Below are positions 52,860 through 64,000 of a stretch of 64,000 nt of DNA, piece after piece. Both the position numbers and the translations under genes were made by a program. The stretch comes from Dimorphilus gyrociliatus (Eukaryota; Animalia; Annelida): the NCBI GenBank assembly GCA_904063045.1, contig CAJFCJ010000019.1:982570-1046569 (forward strand), in the 5' to 3' direction. Within the stretch, counting starts at the first letter, position 1; each line of letters opens with the position of its first letter. The notes below the pieces were generated by a model. It did not search any database and was not told the origin of the DNA. It saw only the letters and a list, made by a program, of their open reading frames with translations.

Positions 52860-53684
52860 ACATGTATTAGTATATTTAAATATAGGAACATAGTTATATT
52901 TAACTCGGAGTATACGTTATATCAGATGAATATTTTGGGAAAATAAACTGTAGATGTAAAGGCTATATTGTTCCTATTTATTTATATTTCAAACAACTTG
53001 ATGTACTATTGAATAGCACATTACCGTGATGTTTATCGTAACTTGTCCCATTAATAGTTTTATGGACATTAATCTATAAACTATACATGCTAAATATATA
53101 GATACGTATATATCATATTTGGGGTCTCAAACCACAAAACTTATTTGTAAAGATAGGAAAACGCCCTATAGATATATGTTTGAAATAATTGTTGTAGCAG
53201 CTAGAGACTCACCCCTACTAAAGAAAATGAGCTTTCTGCTTTAGCATAATACAAAACGCTCGAGGACCTAAGTTATAATATCGAAAGCGAGCTCTGTAAT
53301 CTATATACACAAACACACGTCTAGTAATATATACTCCTTAATATATAAAACTATATTTTTATACCTATCGCCCATACAAATAAACATTGGAAAGAGAGTG
53401 AAAGTAAGAGGAAAGGAGAGGCAAGAGAGAGAGAGAGAGACAGAGAGAGAGAGACAGAAGAGAAACTTTCTATCTGCATAGCACGAGGATAATGTGATAT
53501 GAAATGTATTATATTTACGGTATATTACCTATTATTGTTTTAAAATAAGAATAGGAATATTCACATCTAGCGCTATTCTGATTTCCCAGTTTTCTTTTGA
53601 TATTATATTCAAATAATGACGTATATAAAATATTCAAACGTTATATAAATATTCTTAAAGATTTCGATTAGTCATTTTACATTT

Positions 53685-54661
53685 ATGAATTACATTAAAC
53701 TGTTAGGAGATCGTATAAACAAGCTTGAGGAGAGATTAGTTAAAGCTCGGTCCGAATTTGATCAGCTAAATAGAATTTCCATTCAAAATTCGTACGTCGA
53801 TGAATTCCTTCGCTCGATTAGACAATATAAATATATATATATATATATATATACATATAATTATTAATAAAAATACGGTTATAAAATACTTATAAAGATA
53901 ATAAAAGTCTGGTATAGGACGACAACGACGGCGGGGGCGACCACCAAAGTTGTAAACTGAAAAATTCGCTCCACAAGTGAATAATTCGTTATTTTTTTTT
54001 CTTCTTCATGCAACAGGTCGTCGAAGCATGTGAGAAAACAGACAAATTATTGCAGGATACTTGGAGAAATCGCTTTTCAGTTAGATAGACGAATTCTAGA
54101 TCACGTTCTGCGCGGTGGATGTAAAGAAAACGAAAAGCTTCGCTTCTACGGTCAAAACCATTTTTGCCCTTTTCTATAGACGCTCCGTTAAATGCAGCGG
54201 AAAAAAAAACACCATTTATATAACAGCGAATTCTGTTTATATTCATTAGTCTCAAATTGACTTACTGTCCGTAAATCTCCTAAACAGGTTACACAGTCTG
54301 CAATATTTACGATCGAATCCTTCACCTTACTCAATCACAAAATGATAAGGGAAAAGACTGTATTGTTGATAACGCTAAACGTGAAAAACTAATGAGCCGT
54401 TGGCACAATGTTAAGTACAAACTAAGTTCGTTAGGTTTCATCGTTGACAAACACTCGGATTTGTGTATAGATCTCATCAACGCATTCGGCCTTTTACGTA
54501 TTTCCGATGAGAAACTTTATCGTCATTTTGACAATCCTCGTTGTCTACGCCATCTAGTATGCAAGATTTCGCCGAAAGCTCAAAGAAATGATGTTCTGAT
54601 TTTGCTTGATTGTTTAGAGGCGTTAGCCAGAATTGATGGCAGACCTTTGCTATTATGGTAA
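53685..54661 (+). CDS. Speriolin-domain protein (SPATC1/SPATC1L-like): short coiled coil plus Speriolin C-terminal domain; exons about 53685-53791, 54017-54150, 54288-54661 (5' end uncertain)
   Basis: ILGEIAFQLDRRILDHV, RFYG|YTVCNI, LSSLGF, LINAFGLL and the terminal LILLDCLEALARIDGRPLLLW* match recalled speriolin motifs (GEIAFQLDRRIL; LLLLSCLSQLAHDDGKPMFIW). Splice phases are consistent. Confidence 0.75.
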
Positions 54662-54776
54662 ATGTTACATAGATAATGGAGGCACGATATAATATCTTTA
54701 ATATAAATTTTTATACGTCAACTTTTTAATAAATGTGGAAAAAGCGTCACTATAAAAACATCTAAAGTCGTTTAAT

Positions 54777-55450
54777 TCATTTTTGTTGTACTAAAGGATT
54801 CCGTAATACGAGTATAACAGAATCTCCGCGAAGAAATAATTTAGAAATATATCGATCCTTGTTTACTGGTTTAGCCTTCTTTTTTCCTTTACCGGTTCGC
54901 GGAGTTTCCGTCCACATCTCCTTAACGCTTTCTAATACCATGTTGCAGTGTCTATCGAAGGCCTTCACACGACCCAAGAGTTTTCTGTTGTTGCGGCAGT
55001 TAATTAGTACTTGCGTATTATTCTTGACGGATTGAGTGAGGACTGATAGAGGGCCTGTATTAAACTCTTCTTGCTCCCTTTGCTGGAGTTCCTCCTGGGT
55101 CATTTCACTCTTCGGTTTATTTAATAGAGAACTGAATGGAATAACAAATAGTTAATTTCTTTTTGGGGATTGTACACTTCGTATCTGTCTTTCACGCTCT
55201 AATTTGGCAACGTCAAACTAGTCAAAAGCATATTCACTTTAAGTTGGATTTATGAAAATAACAAGATAACTTTATCTCAATTTTGTATCGATCCAACTAG
55301 AACGACCTAATCGCTCCACCTGAGCGTTTACCCCCAATCGGTAATATTTCATTTCCTCCGCCACCTTTCACCCTAAAAGTCTAATAGGGTCTCAGATAAC
55401 GCTTACTTATTTTAGACTTTATCATCTAAAAGAATGGTAACTTACGTCAT
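54777..55450 (-). CDS. SNRPD2: Small nuclear ribonucleoprotein Sm D2; exon 1 is ATG AC (55450-55446), exon 2 is 55131-54777
   Basis: [33 protein letters not shown]...RHCNMVLE...LFLRGDSVI; donor ATGAC|GTAAGT and acceptor CAG|T are in phase. Confidence 0.97.
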
Positions 55451-56487
55451 TTTCCTAGTTAAATCAATTAAATTTGCCCTGTGTTTAATTTTCCGGCAGG
55501 AAACGGAAGTGAATTTTATCACGTGACAACTTTAACATGGTTCCAAACAATCATTAAAACCTTTTGAATTGTTTTTATATATTTTTTATATATTTTTTTA
55601 AACTTACAATAATCGACTAATCAAAAAGAATAAAAGATAATTCTAACAATAATACTTAAAATGCATAAATAATGCGTTTTCTTAGAAGTAAACCCCTATA
55701 GATACTTTTTTCCATTTTTACGGATCTCATAATCCTCTTGAGATTAAAGCAATGAACAAGTTGGACATTCTATAAAATGAAGCGGTAGAAATCCCGTTTT
55801 CTAGTAATAAAGTAGGCAATTACAGCCAAAGGCCATTCTTTTATTTATTGCTAATCTCAATAGAAGCTAATAAATAAAGAAAATAAAGACTATGTATGAA
55901 AGTTTCCTTAGATGTAGCAAAAGAAAAAGAAGAAGGGAAAGAAGAAAAATGGGCCTCTCAGATAGTAGAGTAATGTAAGAATAATAAGATTAATAATTAG
56001 TCACTCTCACGTACACTGCGTCATTTTTTATTTAGTTGAAGCAACTTTCTTTCACGTATTCAGAAAATTAAATACTTTATACAGAGCTTTTAGAAGTTCT
56101 TTATTCTTTACATTAGACTCCATTACTAATTTAATAATGAAAGTAAATAGCAATAAGGTTTGTAGTCTCTCTTGTAGCGACTTACATGATTACAGTTGTA
56201 TATTAGAATATGGATTTACGGATCTGTCGAAGTCTTCTGCAAACCTCAGCTTTGAAGTCAACAGCGGTCCCATTCCACCATATTCATTTTCATTTTCATT
56301 TTTTTTTCTTTTCCTTTTCTCTTCTTTAGGTAGGAAATTATTCAAAGAACGTTATGCATGGAATTCTTGATGAAAGTGGATTTCTGTCATTTTTTTAAGA
56401 TCCCTCTCTCTCTCTGCGCGAAACGTAAAAAAAATCGAATTCAAAAAAATAAAAGAAAAAGAGTGACGAGAGGTTTTAGAAGAAAAT

Positions 56488-59400
56488 ATGAAGTTACTTG
56501 ATAAAATATTCGATTTCCTTGCCATTAACAAAGCCAATAGTCAGTTATCGTTATGGCAGAGTAAGCTAGAGGGTCGGGCGTCTGAAGGACGCTTAGCCAG
56601 TTCATTGGGGGGTTCGTTGGTTGGTTGGTCAACTGTAGGAGGGGAGGAATTAGTTATACAAAACTTTGAGAAGGCTTTATCCGATGCTTACGATTTATTG
56701 CAAGAGAAAAACTATTTTGCAGTATATAGTTATTTAAATGGCGATGACGCAGAAGAAGAAGAAAAAGGAAAGATTTCGGAGATTAGCGATGAACAATCGA
56801 TCTTCGGTCTATCATCTAAGAAGGCATTTACCGATAAGGAAGATCGCAATCAGAACAACGCATTCGACTTAAATTTACTGGAGGATAAAGAAAAATCTTT
56901 GAAAGAGGAAGATCGGGTTAATCGTTTAGAAGTCTACGATAGAAAGAACGATAGAATTTGTAATGCTGTATTGCACTCGAAGGGACAACAAAACAACTAC
57001 AATCGCCTTAAAAGCCATGAAAGTCTAGCCAATTGTTCTTATCAACAGCGTAGAATATTCAATGAACTTTCTGAAGTATCGGCAAACCTTAATTATGCGC
57101 ATCAAACCGGAACTACACTTAGTTATAACACGAATAATTCCCGAATAATTGAAGGAAACAGCAAGAAAGTTAGCACAGTAGATAAAAATAGCTCTGAACC
57201 CAAAACTAAAGCGAATGTTAAAGGAAACTCTAGTATTCTGTTGAATAGATCGCAGATCGTCCCTGACGAAAAGCTAACTAAATTAAATGATAAAGTGGAT
57301 GATGAATGGCAGAAGTCGTTTATTTTTAACAAAACTACGAAAAGACATAATTTATTCGATGAGAAATTTTTCAAAAAAACAGAAGAGAGAAGAGAATTGA
57401 GCGGTAAGGAAGGTCTAGACTGGTATGACGGATTTATAGACGAGGAACGTAGGTTACAAATAAATAGATTAGAAAAGACTCGCAGCCGTAGGGAAAGAGA
57501 GACAAGAAGAGTCCAAACTAGGTTGGAGGAAGCGGTTGAGAAGTTATACGCTTTTTATTACAAGAAGCACCCTTTTAATTGTACGTCTGTTTTATATTAT
57601 ATACGAAATTTTCGCCCAACCAAGCAGAAAAGACCGTTTTCACCCAAGAATCACAACGTGGAGAGGCAACTAAAAGTCTTGCCAGGGGCGTGATTCAGTT
57701 AAATATTCTCCCCCTTCCCCTTCGCTCCCGCCCCTCGACATCCCGACAAACAAATGAAAGAATCGATATATTATGGCAATATTATACATAAAGATAAAAT
57801 ATAAAAAACTATTTAATAAGGAAAGGGAGGATAGAGGGAGGCTGAATTGTAATTCTGGATCATGCCCCAAATCTATTCCCATCGCCCATTAATAGATTAT
57901 TATCCATGGGTTACAACGATCCTACCGATTGTCCAAATTATCTTGTTTATATGCCAGATTTCGTTTCATGGCTTTGCACCGACTGGCTTGGAACCAATTC
58001 CGGCCGGCGTCCACCTGTCGAAAACGATCAACGGCTATGAGTCGTTTCAGTTAAGAAGGAGCACGAATATTTGGATAGGACCGCCGTTGAGTAGTTTATT
58101 AGTTTGGGGAGCGGTGTATGCGCCTTGTCTAAGACCATTGAGAAAGAATATTGCTAACTTAACTACGTATTTCGATAGTATGCACGAGAAATTAGGATGC
58201 TGCGAATCTAGGGATATGGCAGGAACAATGACAGAGAAGGAGTGCACTAGGGGGCATAGTAAATCGGTCTGGCACGATGGGTTGTTTTGTAGGTAAGATT
58301 AAAATTGTCAATTTTGTCTCGTGATTTTTGTATTTGCTTAGAGGTTTGCCTATTCCTGAACGTATTTATCTACATGATTATCTCTAAAAAATTTCCGTTA
58401 TTCTCTAATATATAAAAATTCGATAATCAATCGATAATCCACCTCGTAATAATTCCTTAAAATTTTCATTTTTTCCCCCTGTAGCATACCCATTTCCTCT
58501 CTCTCTCTCGTTATCTCTTTCTTTTCCGCACTCCATCATCAATAAAAGATTTTTAATATACAATTTAATTCATAAATTTGTTTTCACTCAAAAGCAAACG
58601 TTACCGTCTACCAACACCTATGATTAGGCATAATGTTAAACCCTGCTGTATTGGTTACTTGTAAGTTTCACATCCAATCATTAATCAACCGTTGTTCGTT
58701 TCCTAAATATTAATATTTCATAACAAAAAAATACCAAAAAAATGCATTAATTTAGAGGAGAATGTCGAATGATAACTAAGGAACATTGCATAAACTTAAA
58801 TGGTAGTTTTGTCGATGATAATAACGCTGAGCATTGTAGATATGTTGATTGCCTTGCTAGAGCTTGTTATGGAAAATATAAAGTATAATTAATTAAATAG
58901 TTTTATAGTATTTTCTCTTATAACAAATAGTAATTAAATGTTTTATATTTACATTTGTTTAGATTTCTTCCCAACCTCTTATTTCTCAACCTACATATAG
59001 GCAGTGGTGGAGGATATTTGTAGCTCCACTCATTCATCAAGGAATACTTCATCTAATCATGGTTATTTTTGTACAGGTAGCTAATTGATCTGGAAATTTT
59101 TTTCCATTCTCTACACTAAAGATCTTATATTGACTATTTATTAGACAATAATAGGAAGAACAATTGAAAGTATAGCCGGAAGCATTCGCCTAACCATTAT
59201 ATTCCTTTCCAGCAGTACTGTTGGATTAATGTTAGCTAGCGCCTTCGATCCATTTACGCCACAAGTAATTATAAACGTAGATAATAGTAATAATAATAAT
59301 AATAACAGTGATAATAGACGTGAAAGAAGGTAAAGAAAGTAGTCAATTTCATTATGAGAATTTTCTCGTTTCGGCAAAGTTACCCATAACTGATAAATAA

Positions 59401-60599
59401 AATAAATGTCTAGTAATCAGTATATCTCTTTCCCTTCCCAGAAGATAATTATATGTAATAAAGAAGGTACATAAATTTTCTTGTCTTCTTTGCCCCATTT
59501 ACAGGCGGGTTGTGATGGAGCAGCAGCTGGACTATTGGCCGTTGCTTTTGTAGAACTTTTTCAAGGTTGGAAGATGGTTAAACGGGCTTACAGTTCCTTA
59601 TTCAAATTATTAATAGTCCTTATGTTATATTTACTATCCGGTAAGATTATTAATATTTAATATCCCATACTCTTATCTTGAAAAGAAGCGTACTAAAAAT
59701 TTCCTTTTCTCTTAAAGGTACATTACCATTCCTTAATAATTTCCGACTTTTAGGTGGCTTCCTAACTGGTATTTTAACTGGTATGATAGTACTACCTTAT
59801 ATTACCTTTGGAAGGTGGCATATAATTTCAAAGAGGATTTACGTTTCTGCTTCGTTATTAATATTTATTCTTAATTTCCTTGCCGTTGCCTGGTTATTTT
59901 GGTAAGAAAATATATTCCATTTTTTTATCAATAAATAATATATAATATAAACTATTATACTATATAAATGCCACGAATAAGTTGTAACTTATGTTAGGCC
60001 ATTTTGAGAAAATAAGCATTATCATGTGATAAAGTCTCTTCCAACTCTCGCTCTCTTCTTTTCTGTTTAAAATATAGTTTTTATCTCTAGAATTCTTTTC
60101 CGCTATGTTGATTTTAATATGCGTGTAAGAATATATAGATATATATAGTATTTGAAGAAACGGCTGAGTTTCTCTTCATCCAAAAAGAGAGGGCCTTAGG
60201 AAAAGCTCGAGGCTTTCTCTTAATTCTTAATAAAAATGAAAACTTTTCACTTCGACTAATATAAGCTTTACATTTAAGTTTATTTATTCCCCGCTCACTT
60301 TCCCTCTTTCCTGTTTTTGCTTTGTTTTGCATCTTTTTTATTGTTTGTCAAAAGAAAAAAAAGAAAGAGGTTTTCGTAACTTTGTGTCTATGTCTAAATC
60401 TGTATTTGTATGCTTATGCATGTGTGTATGTGTGTGTGGTTCTTTCTGTCTACAAACCAATTACGTTCTCAATTTGCTATTTTGTCTTTTTTTTTTTAGC
60501 ACAGATTACGACATTAAAGAAAAGTGTGGGAAAGCCTGTCGGAATTTCACATGCATAAATTACACTCCGTCAACTTGTATAAATATATTAATTGATTGA
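56488..60599 (+). CDS. Inactive rhomboid (iRhom/RHBDF-like) pseudoprotease with a long cytoplasmic N-terminus and a Cys-rich luminal domain
   Basis: NIWIGP, WGAVYAPCLR, KPCCIG, GECRMITKEHC, QWWRIFVAPLIHQGILHL, ESIAGSIRL, LPYITFG and C-terminal CGKACRNFTCINYTPSTC. The 56488 exon joins at 57580|57896 in phase 1; this join is less certain. Confidence 0.75.
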
Positions 60600-60863
60600 T
60601 AAATCCGTGTTCTATTATTGGACTTGTTTTTTCGTTTTCTTTTTTTAAATATACAATACCCAACTTAAAAATTTTACCTTTTCTATTAATAAATAAATAG
60701 AAATATAATAATATATAAAGAATACACAATATATATATATTTATACAGTATATATCTATATATTTATGTAAACAGTATATTTGCAGTATATTAATAGTAT
60801 TAACTTAAATACTGCAATTTTTTTTTTAAGCAAAGTTATTATATTTTCTTTTCCTTTCCCTTT

Positions 60864-60908
60864 CCCCACTTCTCTCTTTCTCTCTTTCTTTCTCTTTCTC
60901 TCTCTCTC

Positions 60909-60950
<42 letters not shown>
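60864..60950. repeat. Imperfect (CT)n/(CTAT) microsatellite
   Basis: Direct inspection. Confidence 0.85.
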
Positions 60951-63900
60951 AGCTTTTTATTTTCCCACTTTTTTATTTTTTTTTTGTTGAATTAGCTATG
61001 CGTGTAGATTGATTACAGTAAAATTCTATTGATATACACATATATATATATATATATATAGTATATATACAGTATATATATATATTATTTGACCAAATTA
61101 ACTCAAACTCAATTTTCTTAATAAGAATATTAATTAGAGAATATTTTAAAAACTACAGTAAATGATCAGCAGGATAATTTAGATAGAAAATATTGCAGGA
61201 AATATGTCATTTAAAGCCAATTTCAGACGAAAGGATACTTAACAACACTTACAGTTAATAACGTATAATTAATAAAGCTTTTTTATGAGCCAGCTTTTAA
61301 TTATTATTGATACAAATTGACGAGAGGTAACGCCATCTTCAGTAAAATTTTAACGTATTTTTCAAACGTTATGTCCACTAACAACGTTCGTTTATGCATT
61401 CTTTTTGTCCCTTTCGAGTATATTAATAAAAAAGCAAAAACTAGGAAGATTGGGATAAAGGGGGAGGGAGCCGTCGTAAACACAATAGGAAAATGACATG
61501 TGATAAAAGGAGGATGGGAAATATTAGTATTCTTTGTTTACAAGGCGAAAACTCTTTGTTAAATAGTTGGGTAGGAGAAACAGTGGGTGGTAAGGGAACC
61601 GCGTACACATCCGTAATGAATTACGTCTCTTCTGCGATAGGAATTTTACCACGACGAGCGTTACATAATTGGGTGGAGCTGGTTTATTCTTTGCGCGTGT
61701 GAAAGCAAATTATTATCCTTCATATAACGTCTATTAACCGTAAATCTAGCCTTGTAATATTTTTGAACTCAAATTTGCTATTATGCAATAATTTACGTGC
61801 TCTGTTTGAAGTAAACTTGACAGGAGTGGACTGTTTACACTCTGATAAGAAGTGTAGAAAATTTAGATGACATCCAGCAACTAAGTCATATAATTGACCT
61901 TGTTTATAAATACTAATTGAAATCAATCGCCTACACAGATTATAAGATATAGTATTGGTATTATTCAAAGACATATCATCCGTCCCGTATTACGGGCAAA
62001 TGTCTTATATTCTTTATAGCCATCAATCAATTCTCTGGTAATAAAAAGTGGCAATTATTGGAAACCTTATTGCAAAAGCCGGAATTTTCTTCAGATTAAA
62101 AAACGGTCAGAAAAGAAAGGGGTGCTAGTGCTGTGAGAGCGTGAAAGCTAGAGAAAAAGCGGGTAGCTGTAGCTACAGAAAGACAGGCAGACACACTGAG
62201 TGGGTGAGGGAGAGAGGGAGGAGAGAGAGAGAATAGAAAGGGAAAGAGAATGAATAAAAAAGGTGTGGATAGAAAGAAGAGGGAAAAAGAGAAAAAAAAT
62301 GGAAAGTGGAAAAAGGAAGTGGAAGAGAGAAAGAGAAAAAAAACGAATATCGACTGATCTGAAAAACGATCGATTAAGGAACTATTTCTCCTTTACGTCT
62401 TACCCTTGTCCCCTTTCGCTTGTTCATTCTCTTGAACGTGATGATGAATACAAAGAAAACAACGATTATAAAAATCCCAGATTCTGGGCGTAACTTATTG
62501 TTGTGGGATGAATGAATCTGATTGACTAAGAGTATTGGATCAAAAGATTTAACAGTTTACTCTTTCTCGGTTAAATACCCCTAATCATCTTAATCTTTTC
62601 CAGTGACTCTTCCGGAAAAGGATATTGTTAGTTGAAACAAAAAGAAATCCCCTATTTTATATTTATAAATGACCAATACAGCTTTAAGTGATAAATAAAC
62701 GTCTCTTCCATCATCTTTTTCCTTTGGTCATTCATCAAGCGTCCTACAACTAGCCTTAGAGCTTTTGCATCGCAATCAATGCGATTACCACGACTTCTCT
62801 CTTGAGGTTGAACATCGTCGCTTTTGTGTCTGATCATTATACAGAATATTTTTACAACCGATTTTCCTCTCTCGTTCCGCTTTGTGCATATAAATCGAAA
62901 GAAGAGGGAATGAAATCGACTTCAAGTTGCCCCTCTCTTTCTCTCTCTTGCTCTCCGAAAACGTGCTCACAATGAAAATTTTCTCTATCTAATTCGTTCG
63001 AGTAGCCTAAACTCATTTTATTCCAAATGCTCTCTTAAATACATCGTGAGTTTATTCTTAATATGCTTAAAAATATTCTAATCATTGTTGAAGCGTCTAT
63101 TGCAGGCGAAACGTAACATTCTACACAATTGGCGAAAGTGGAATGTACAAGTGTACTAACCGAGCTCGTAATCGGCGGGCGTTATGCGACTAAGTACCGC
63201 AAATAAAGGTTTAAGAAGAACTATTGCGCAGAAAAATTGCCACCGCCGTTCATTAATTCTCCCAAGTGTATTTGACGAGAGCAACTGCCTTCAAAGTCGC
63301 CTATTTGGCAGTACAAGGAATTCTTCCATCTAGAAGCCTTACGACCCATCGACAACTGTACGCCTTCATAGGCCAGATGGTATTTTTCACGAAATTCACG
63401 TGGGATTCAACTCAAATATCTAAAACGAGAGGGTCGATCGAAGATCACTCTGCTTCATTCATATAAAAATAGCTCATAGTTATCTTTTACTTTATAATCC
63501 ATACTTTTTATTGCCTTTTAATGCGTATTTTTTTCAATTCGATTTCCTCTTTGTTCCATTCAGAAAGAAAGGCCAACTTATTACAAAATCTTTTTATTAT
63601 GTTTGTATAACTATAAAATGGTTTAATATATATATATATATAGATATAGATATATACATATGCTGCATGTACTCTCTTCTTTCGACCACTTCTCTTTCTC
63701 TCTCTCTCTCTCTCTCCTTCTTTTCCACTCTTCTCCATTAAACTAAGCAATTTTGTAACAGTTCGCTGCTTACTGAATCCAATTGTTTATGAATATCTTC
63801 AGTTTCTTTCACCTTTCTCTCTAATTCATCTTTCTCCCTGTGGAAAAAAAAACAAATTTTGCTCCTCAATTTCTATTAAAGTAATGAGATTTATTACCGT

Positions 63901-64000
63901 TTTAACGCATCTTCCAATGATTTCTTCTTGTCATTTAGAGCGCTAATTTCGAAAGCATTCAAATCTATCCGACTATGGTTAAGTGGTCTAATTCAAAAAA

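Noticed and set aside
60114-63750. Short ORFs in the last 4 kb, including 61720-61974, 62652-62837 and 63266-63466
   Set aside because: Many derive from microsatellites or poly-purine tracts. The rest show no recognisable motif or exon chain, although a gene 5' end cannot be excluded.

Overview
AT-rich eukaryotic (metazoan, invertebrate-like) genomic DNA with a compact, gene-dense layout: many short GT-AG introns, (CT)n/(GA)n/(TA)n microsatellites and one 914-nt assembly gap (36693-37606). A compact lophotrochozoan-type genome is my inference and cannot be verified here. Exon structures were worked out by hand from splice sites and reading phase, and family assignments come from recalled motifs, not database searches. 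Genes in order: a small single-pass membrane protein with a GC-AG intron; a long multi-exon protein with a C-terminal EF-hand-like domain; TRUB1 (missed by the ORF track); RalGAP-alpha; Claspin with a tRNA-Thr(AGT) inside an intron; DHRS7-like SDR; a 72-aa ORF with a PUMA-like BH3 motif; PRDX5; intronless INTS11; a CH25H-like sterol hydroxylase; a GPR158/179-like class C GPCR; a speriolin-domain protein; SmD2; and a divergent iRhom-like rhomboid pseudoprotease. The best candidate for an undescribed system is the BH3-only-like microprotein at 35907-36125. It has its own CCAAT/TATA promoter and a possible NMD-triggering 3' UTR intron. Next are candidate alternative exons of PRDX5 (a mitochondrial presequence exon and a 36-nt active-site microexon). 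No mobile elements, rRNA or CRISPR arrays were seen.
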